Below the pieces are notes generated by a model. That model saw nothing but the letters and a program-made list of their open reading frames with translations. It was not told where the DNA came from and did no database searches. Below, one piece after another: positions 55,693 to 64,000 of a stretch of 64,000 nt of DNA. The stretch comes from the human T2T-CHM13v2.0 reference genome, Homo sapiens. A program made the translations under genes and the position numbers. Location of the stretch: the NCBI RefSeq assembly GCF_009914755.1, contig NC_060926.1. One strand, given 5' to 3'. Numbering within the stretch: position 1 is the stretch's first letter; each line of letters opens with the position of its first letter.

Positions 55693-56069
55693 TGTGACTA
55701 CTTGGGTAGTCACAGAAGATAGCTCAGGGTGTTGACTGTGAAGCTCATAAGAGGTTTACCAAGATCATGGATGACATAACTCTTCAGCAGAGGACCACAA
55801 AGCAAAAGCTAAGTCAGGGATCACAGCCAGACCCCAGAAGATTTATCTCACTGCAACTACTAAAGCGAGGGCCAAGCTAGGAAACAAGAATAGTTTCCAT
55901 CATAGTTCCCAGGACCAAGGGCACTTCAGAAGCTCATTCAGCAAGAACCCAGGCATCCCTCACAAGAGCAGACATCCCTCTCCCATTGCCAAAAGGCTAG
56001 TTAGTATCCCCTCTCACCTCTAGCTGCCACCTTGAGAAGGAGGGGGAAAGGAAGACACAGAGAAGGGGA

Positions 56070-56245
56070 AAGGGGGAGAATCCAGGTTTTGCTTTGCCTG
56101 AAGTTTATACAATTTATAGAACCCTCTTTAGGAAAAAGAATACAAAATTATAAATAGAAAATTGCTGGGGTCCCTCCCAGGCCTTGAAAGGGTCCTGGGC
56201 AAATGAGGGGCCCTGAAGTATAAGATTCCCATAAACTTGCCTCTG
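56070..56245. mobile_element. Arthur1/MER69-type hAT-Tip100 MITE
   Basis: gaatccaggttttg...cctgaagtttatacaattt...aaaaagaatacaaaatta...gggccctgaag...gcctctg. Confidence 0.65.
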
Positions 56246-56686
56246 AGAAGAGACCCTGGAAAACTGAGTAATTACTGAAAAGAGACTGTTTGAACCTGCA
56301 GAGGTGAGGGTGTGCGTCATAGCCAGTGCATACTGCCATCAGTGGGAATGAAGTCTCCAGAGTACAATGACATTGGTCGTAGAAAATAAAGTGAAAATAG
56401 GAGTCATAGTGTGTAAATTCCTACCACCTGCTACATTTTCTATGTTCAGAGATTTAAAAGTCACTTTGCAAATTGCTCAAAAAGGAACAAGCTGCTGGAA
56501 GTCAAATTTGAGTTTTATTACTACGTGAGTTTAACCTGATGCATGCCCATAACAACAGGGAGGTAAACCGCTGAAAAGTAATAAATGTGAAGATGATTAG
56601 GATCACCAGATATCTGGCTTCCCATGGAGATTTTTCACTTGTCCTGGAATTGCTTTACATACACTGAGTTAAAAGCTACTCTATGA

Positions 56687-57111
56687 CAGTGGGTTCCCAG
56701 AGGAACATGAGATCCTCCCTTTTCCAACTATATAGCTGTGTGAGGATGGATTTTTTAAAAATATACACTTCAACCAAAACAACGTTTCATGACAGATTGA
56801 ATGCAGGAGCAGACATGCAAATCCAGCTGTCTCCTATTAAGCCAGACAGTAAAGAGATTTGCAAAAGTGTAAAACAATGTCACTCTCCTCACTAGTTGGT
56901 TCTGTTTTAAAAAATAATTAAATATAAATCTATAATATGTAAATATATAGTTATGTTGCTTATGTTAACAGTAATAAAACATCACATTTTTCAATAAATT
57001 AATATGTTAAAATGTCTCTAATTTCAAATACAGTATATCTTAATATAATCCACATAAACAACTGTTAAGAGTGTAAAGGTATCCTGAGACTAGAAAGTTT
57101 GAGAACCATGG
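56687..57111 (+). mobile_element. Charlie1-type hAT transposon, internally deleted
   Basis: TIRs cagtgggttc / gagaaccatgg; 8-bp TSD ctctatga/ctctataa; ORF 56683-56895 ends YTSTKTTFHDRLNAGADMQIQLSPIKPDSKEICKSVKQCHSPH, a Charlie transposase C-terminus. Confidence 0.85.
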
Positions 57112-57254
57112 CTCTATAAGAACCAAGGTGTGTGTTGAATAGCAAGCTTTATTCCAAAGGAATTAATAATTAAATATTGTTCTACTTTTGCAGCATGTGA
57201 GACCCAGTACAGATTAAGAAACACATAAATATCACAAATATCATTTTATCAACA

Positions 57255-57590
57255 ACTTTAGGCCCCAGCTTCAAAGTCACCCTCTCAAAAGTCTTCTCTA
57301 ATCACCTTGTCCAAAAGGACCTTTTTCAGTTCCTCTCTCTCTCTCTCCTCCCTAACCCTATTTCCTTAAGAGATTTTTTAAAAATCCCTAATTATCTTCT
57401 TTTTTTTATGTGTTTATTTTCTGTAGTCCCATTCTTTTCTTGCTTATTATCTCTCTCTCCCCTTGAATATCGGTTCAATGCAGACAGGGACCTAGGATGT
57501 CTTGTTAAATGATCTGTCCCCAGCTCCCAGATAAAGATCTCACACATAGTAAGAGCTTAATTGATATTTGTCGACTGAATGAACTAATTC
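57255..57590 (+). mobile_element. L2 3' end
   Basis: ggccccagcttcaaagtcacc...acagggacc...cacatagtaagagcttaattgatatttgtcgactgaatgaa. Confidence 0.7.
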
Positions 57591-57976
57591 TATTAAATAC
57601 TTGTTTCCAAGGTTATAACGATAAGCAAAACTGAGAAATCTAGAAAATACTTTAAAATGTGATATTTGCCCTTCTTTTCTGACATGCTAAACGTTTCTCA
57701 AATATGAAAAGACCCACTGTTCTCCCTGTGATTTTTCTTGCGGAACACCATGGTCTTACCCACAGCCAATTCTATTTGGACCCCCAACTAGGAATATTTC
57801 CATTAGTGGAAGATAACACCCAACTACAAACTCTAAGGAAACCTGCTGGAGTGCATCTGAGACTGACAGAACTTTGTTACATATTTGTCTCTGACCAGAT
57901 TTCCTGCTGCTTTTTATCTAAATTTGTTCTAATGACAGTAGCTCAGCCTCAGATTTGGCCAGCATATCAAAAAGTT

Positions 57977-58073
57977 TCACACATAAACACATACATATCT
58001 CCTCACACACATGCACACACACACACATACATATATATACAAATACACACACACGCGCGCACACACACACATA
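57977..58073. repeat. Compound (CA)n/(TA)n microsatellite
   Basis: Direct reading. Confidence 0.85.
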
Positions 58074-58130
58074 TATTTATGACTGACACTGACTGTGATA
58101 AACATATATTTCAATCAAAAGGACAAATGC

Positions 58131-58428
58131 GGCCAGGTGCAGTGGCTCACGCCTGTAATCCCAGCACTTTGGGAGGCCTTGGCAGGCAGATCATGAGATC
58201 AGGAGTTCAAGACCAGCCTGGCCAACATGGTGAAACTCACATCTCTACTAAAAAATACAAAAATTAGCCAGATGTGGTGGCACATGCCTGTAGTTCCAGC
58301 TATTTGGCAGGCTGAGGCAGGAGAATTACTTGAACCCGGAGGCGGAGGTTGCAGTGAGCTGGCATCAGGCCACTGCACTCCAGCCTGGGCAACAGAGTGA
58401 GACTCCATCTGCGGGGGGTTGGGGGGGG
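58131..58428 (+). mobile_element. AluS (Sg-like) with a G-rich tail instead of poly-A
   Basis: TSD aaggacaaatgc at 58119-58130 and 58429-58440; tail gcggggggttgggggggg. Confidence 0.93.
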
Positions 58429-58659
58429 AAGGACAAATGCATGCTGGGGAAAGGACTTTTAAGTGTTTCATCCAGGCAAAGGACATTTGTTATGCATTTA
58501 TAAAGAACATATATTATCATATATGCAACCAGCATTCCCTTAAAAAGAGGATCTAATCTTTTCCCACAAGTACCTTATGGACAGTGCTGTTTAGGTCATT
58601 AAATTACATCTGGGACCATGTCTGCATAGAGCTGAATAATGTAGCTGCTATAATGATGT

Positions 58660-58890
58660 GCTATAGTTATAGCACTTGGTATACATCTTATATTTCCCCT
58701 GGCTAACAGTGTATAACCTCGCTTAAATCACTAAATTCTGTATCATGGTGTTTCTATTTGTAAAACATAGATAATAATACCTATCCCAGGCGCTCACCCT
58801 AAAAGGATGTCGTGAGAACAGATGAGATTAGTGATGGCAAAGCTCTTTGTTTGAAATGTACTATTTAAATCTCAGGTACTATTATTAGGG
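58660..58890 (+). mobile_element. MIR SINE
   Basis: aatcactaaattctgtatcatggtgtttctatttgtaaaacatagataataatacctatc...gtgagaacagatgaga. Confidence 0.6.
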
Positions 58891-60459
58891 CTCTCTGCAA
58901 TTTCTCAGCTAATGGATTATGCAACAGATGGGCCCTAGAAGATGTTTGATATTATTGATATTTTCTGTAATTTTTTTTTCTTTTTCCCACCTCTCTTATT
59001 TATTATTTATTAAAATTCTAGCTCTGATCTACATAACAAGAAAAAGCAGAAGCCTTCTGTGTTTGGGTTGAATTTGCCAAGATCACCTTATCCAGACAAT
59101 TTTTAAATTATTACTTCTATGCATTTGTAAATGCATTGAGGTCTTCCCAGTAGGAACAACTGACACAGTTGGACTGAACAGTTACCCAATGTGCCAGGAT
59201 TTGATGCAGGCTAATAGATTAATTCTAAGTTCCTTTCCTTTCCTTTCTTCTAAAAATGTCCTCTTTTTTGGTGTTCATGAACTAAAATGGAAAGAAAACA
59301 ATTTGACAGCCTCATCTATACTAAAAATGTTTATCTGGGAGGTCTAGCATCAACACTATAGACTAAACTAGCAGAGTAGCATTAACTACTGACCAGAGAT
59401 ATACTAGTCATTTACAGTTTGACAGAGGGAAATCAGAAAGGCTCAATAAGGCAGGCACTAGCTGCCAAGAGACAGAAAACTGATGGAGGGTTAGATCTGG
59501 AAGGTGAAGGTGTTACAGCAGGGATAGGAAAAGTTTCTAAAAGCCTGATTCATAGACCTAACACATTGACAGTCTCGGGCCCGGTAGCCTCCACCTGCTT
59601 GCTTTCTGCTTACAATCACCTCTGGCCAAGCCAATTCCATTTTGAATGTGATTTAATCATCTTCCTTTTAATGCAAGCTATTTCAACAGTTAACTCACTG
59701 CCATGATGCAGCTTAAAACTGAAAAAATATACCTAAGATTTGAGAGGAATGCCTAGCAAGGTATTTTTCCTGGCTCAAATTTGGTTTAATCCAGTCACCT
59801 AGAAGATGCCACTTCTTATGAAGCAACCATCCAATAAGCTATCTGCTCCTAGGCAGAATATGAAAGAAAGGAACAGGTTGTGCCTGTTTATTGCTGCTTG
59901 GTGTTGTTCCCAAATAAATGGATGCTAATTGAGAGGGAGTGTGGCTTCATATTTTATGACACCCTGGGTATATGCTAAGAAGTCTCAGGAGAGCCGCTTT
60001 AAATTAAAGCTAATGTTAAACTCTGCTTAATTAGCATTGCTGTAGCGGGTTTCACTTTTCCCTGTGAGAGGAAGAATGTGCTATGTTACAGTTTTCCTGT
60101 TGCAAAATACTAAACTATATGATGGAGGTGAAGAAGTGATTTGGGAACTGAATGACTTTCTGGGCAAGGGAGAACCAGACAGGATGGCATTTTACTAATT
60201 AAGATGAGTGGTGTATTAACCAGATGGGAAAATACAGAGTGGAACAATGGAGCGAAATCCTCAGAATGACACCATTATTTTGGAAACTGTTATAAATCAG
60301 CTGGGGTTGGGGTCCTATAATCAACTCCCAGTAAAAAATGAGTCAGTCACTCCTGAATATTCTGTGATAAGAAGCACTAAAAATGCTCTGAGCCAAAATG
60401 CCTGAATTCCATATAGTTCATCCACATGGAATGGAAATATAAAAGAATAGCAGAGATGG

Positions 60460-60805
<346 letters not shown>

Positions 60806-61824
60806 CTACTTTTGCCAAATATCATTGTCTATCAGCACACCAATTGCTCTACCATTGGCCTCTTAATCTCGTGCCCCGATGCTTGCTCTTGCTTTCTTCC
60901 ATTTATACATAAACTGTGCAGCCTTTATGCAATAGATCACGTTCCTTTCTTGAGTGTCAAAGGAAGAGATGCCATGCTGGCTGCCAGTCACCCAATCTGG
61001 TGGCAACTTCATCTACAGCAGACTGGAAGCGTAAGAATATTTGTTTCTGGTGAGGTCACCAAACACACATCTCTAGCCACTGCATAAAGTATAAAAGACC
61101 AGAGGAGTTTTCACAGATTGATACAACAAGTTGACCAGAGAAATTCGAGCTTGAAATTGTCTTACAAATGGTTTGCTAAGTGAACTGTCCTGCTCATGGT
61201 CTCAGGAGAAAAATTCTAAGGTTGAACAGTATTTAGCTACCTACCTCTGCCAAAGAGGGCTATTATCATTTCAGAATAAAGAGATGATTATTCAGCTCTC
61301 TGACGCAAGTCAAAACACACTCACATCTCCTGCTCACAGGAGCCAGCATAAAATGGGTACTGAGCTGGGAGAACAGGTGTGTTTGTGCTTGGAGAAAGCA
61401 GCAAGGGATATGAAAATGACTTAGCAGCTGGTGGAAAGGAAGATTGAAGTTGTGCCAGGCAAAGGGTGTTTTTTCCCCTAATTATGCAAAAGCCTTAATT
61501 TCATTGATCATGTTGTTCTCTTCTTTCTCCATCTAAATAATATGAAATCTGTGTAACAACTCTTTTGGGAAGTCAAAAACATTGCCAGGGACGCTTATTA
61601 AGGGAATGAGGGTCAAGAAATTCTCTCTAGTGGATAAGCTTGCTATTTTCTCAGGGTTTGTGAACCATGGTAACTTTAATTAGAAAAAAGATAAAAGATG
61701 TAATAAAATGAGATGTAGTTATTCAAGCTGAAAAAAAAATATGTCAATAGAAAGAGTAACCTCTGAAAACAAAACCCAGGAAGTCTGAAAGTCTTTTATA
61801 TTTGTTGTTATTCAATTGTTGGTA

Positions 61825-61950
61825 TTCATTCTCTTATTTGACAAAAATTTATCAAGCATGTATTTTGTGCCAGGCACTGAGCTACGTTTTTAGAATACAA
61901 AAATTAAAAATGCAGTTTCTGCCTTCTGCAATGGCTCACAATCTAGGGGC
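61825..61950 (-). mobile_element. L2 3' end
   Basis: ttcattctcttatttgacaaaaatttatcaagcatgtattttgtgccaggcactgagcta. Confidence 0.7.
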
Positions 61951-63833
61951 GAAAAATATCTCACCCTAACTCAGTTGGGGCAGCTGCTTGGATAGAACTT
62001 TATTCTAACTAAAAAGCTTAATCTGTCCTTTCATTTCAGGTGCAAATTAAATTTTTAAAAGTTGAATCTTAGTTAAATTTTTCTGATGGTATGTGAGAAA
62101 CTTGGTAAATGATTTGAATTGAGGACAAGAACCTTGCTCACCCATGTATGACCATGTGTCATGTCCCAGAAGGTCTGTGTCTCCCCTTGCCTTGCTCTGT
62201 GATCGTATAAGTGGCCCTACATATAACCCAGATAAGCTCATCTTTCCCAAACCCAAAAGAAGTAAAAGATGGAAAATAACAAAATCAGAATACCCCAACA
62301 TTCACACAAAAGAGAACAACTGCTTGAAAATGTGTTAGTGACATTACTGTCCTTTGAGTTGGTTCTCTCTCATTCCAGAAAGGAGCACGTGCCAAGCGAC
62401 CGAAGAGTTGAGGCTACCTTCTGACTCTACAGCTTGTGGTTGTGAACCAACATTACACATCTCCCCATACTGTCAGAAACTGTATCAGCAGTCCTCAGAG
62501 CTGGAAACAGCAGTCACAGAATGAGGTTCCATGTCTCTCTGTTTGACTTATAAAATGTCAATCATTGTGTGGTCTCAGATACATTGACTTGCTCACTGTT
62601 TGGTAACATTGCAATGACAATGTGTTTTAAATATATGCTGGAAGGACAATTTAAACACTTGACAGCAGTGAGAGTCAAGACAGACCATATTTTCTGTTCT
62701 GAATCTAGTATGCAAGAGAATCTGCACATACTGCCAGTGTTTTATTGTCATTTACATAGTCTTCAATTGTAAAAGTGTTGGTTAAGCAGGCATTTTGCTG
62801 CTTGGTTTTACCTTGAGAGCCTGATACGGGGAGGAAGGGTTACTAGTTGAAGAGAACTAAGAGGGCTAAAGCCTAAGAGACCAATTTAAAGGTTTTCTAT
62901 TTGTATTGCTCACCCTCTGCATGTACCACCTCTTTCCTTAACTCCCCTCTAACTCCCAGGCTACTGTCCTAGAACTTGTACCCTTAAAACAATCCATGTA
63001 ACGCTCCAAAAATGGTCACCCATTTTTATTTGGAAAAGGATTCAAGAAGAATATAAAGAAGGAAAAGATATAAAACACAGTTTAGCTGGATGATTTATTG
63101 AAATATTTAACTGTGCTTTATTCTCAAATTATTTTTCCTCTTCAGACACTTTCCAGAAAAAGAGCCAAAACCCTTTGGACTCCTTTGCTCCAGGATGTGT
63201 TTCCTTCCTGATTTTGTTTTTCAAAAAGTATAAGCTCCTTGAAGGTATTATGTTATGTGTATAATGAGAATTTGTCCTAACAGAGAGAGAGGGTTTCCCC
63301 TCAACTGGAAAGAGAGCAAGGAGCCTGGGAACCCACTTCCCTCTCTGGGTGCAGCCTCAGTAGAGATGCCCGTGCCAAATCAGCACAGAAGCACAGAATC
63401 AGCTGCTTCAAGGCACCACACTAGCTTAAAGAGCAGATCAGAAGTGACCATAATGGACCACACTGGCTCTGCCCTCATTTTCGGGGCAAAATGCAAACCT
63501 CTAGATTGAAGGAAAAGGAGAACAAGGACAAAAATTAGGTTTCCTGTGAGCTCAGTAACTTTAAGAACATTCCTTATCCACACAAGTTTGTAACACCAAG
63601 TTCAATAGTTTCAAATACAATTAGATGAACCACCTTTGTCAGCAGTTATTCTACTCAAAATGGGTTATCTGTTTCTCCCCAGGGCGTGTGTGGTTGTTAC
63701 TACTTCTCTGGCTGCACTTTATAGGGTAGTACAGATTTCTCCAAGCACCCTGAATTTACAGCCAGAAGACTCAGACTCTATTATTTGGGTCTTGTTCATT
63801 TTTACAGTCTTTAATTGAATACCATTTTGTGAT

Positions 63834-64000
63834 TGTCAAGAACTGTGAAGGCTGTGAGATTTTACCCCATTGATTAGCTAACAAGTTAGCCTGCCATAGA
63901 TTCATGGAAGCTGGCTGATGACATAAGACTCTTGGGTCAAAGACAATGGACTTTATTACTGATGGCACAGCAAGCAGCATGAGTACCATATTTTTCCCTT
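63834..64000 (-). mobile_element. LTR47-like LTR, running off the window
   Basis: tgtcaagaactgtgaagg...gagattttacc...agctaacaagttagcctgcca...ggactttattact. Confidence 0.65.

Noticed and set aside
57704-58267. Longest ORF (187 aa)
   Set aside because: It runs through a (CA)n microsatellite into an Alu; low complexity, no recognisable domain.

Overview
This is AT-rich, CpG-depleted primate (most likely human) non-coding DNA, either intronic or intergenic. I find no protein-coding gene, tRNA/rRNA, CRISPR array or prokaryote-type system; the ORF track is explained by L1 ORF2 and hAT transposase remnants, Alu/LTR-derived frames and chance. Much of the window is recognisable interspersed repeat: about 11 Alu elements (S and J types, a FRAM monomer, no obvious AluY), four 5'-truncated L1PA insertion sites all on the minus strand, old L1M/L2/MIR fragments, solo LTRs (LTR10-type, MLT2A, MLT1A0/B/I/J/K-type, MSTD-type, LTR47-type) and DNA transposons (Ricksha, MER2, MER3, MER5, MER30, MER63, Zaphod, Arthur1/MER69, Charlie1). 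Subfamily names come from remembered consensus features, not a database search, and boundaries of old elements are approximate. The most notable structures are a composite L1 insertion with a 3' transduction inside one 15-bp TSD (28976-30258), a 260-bp fold-back palindrome (54457-54716), a 106-bp hairpin-forming segment duplicated 1.7 kb away (8101/9798), an MLT2A LTR with DUX4-like motifs and a splice donor upstream of several exon-like units, a 147-bp A/T-only repeat, a twin-primed inverted L1 and an Alu with a poly-G tail. None of these is shown to be functional from sequence alone, and I cannot support a claim of a novel biological system.
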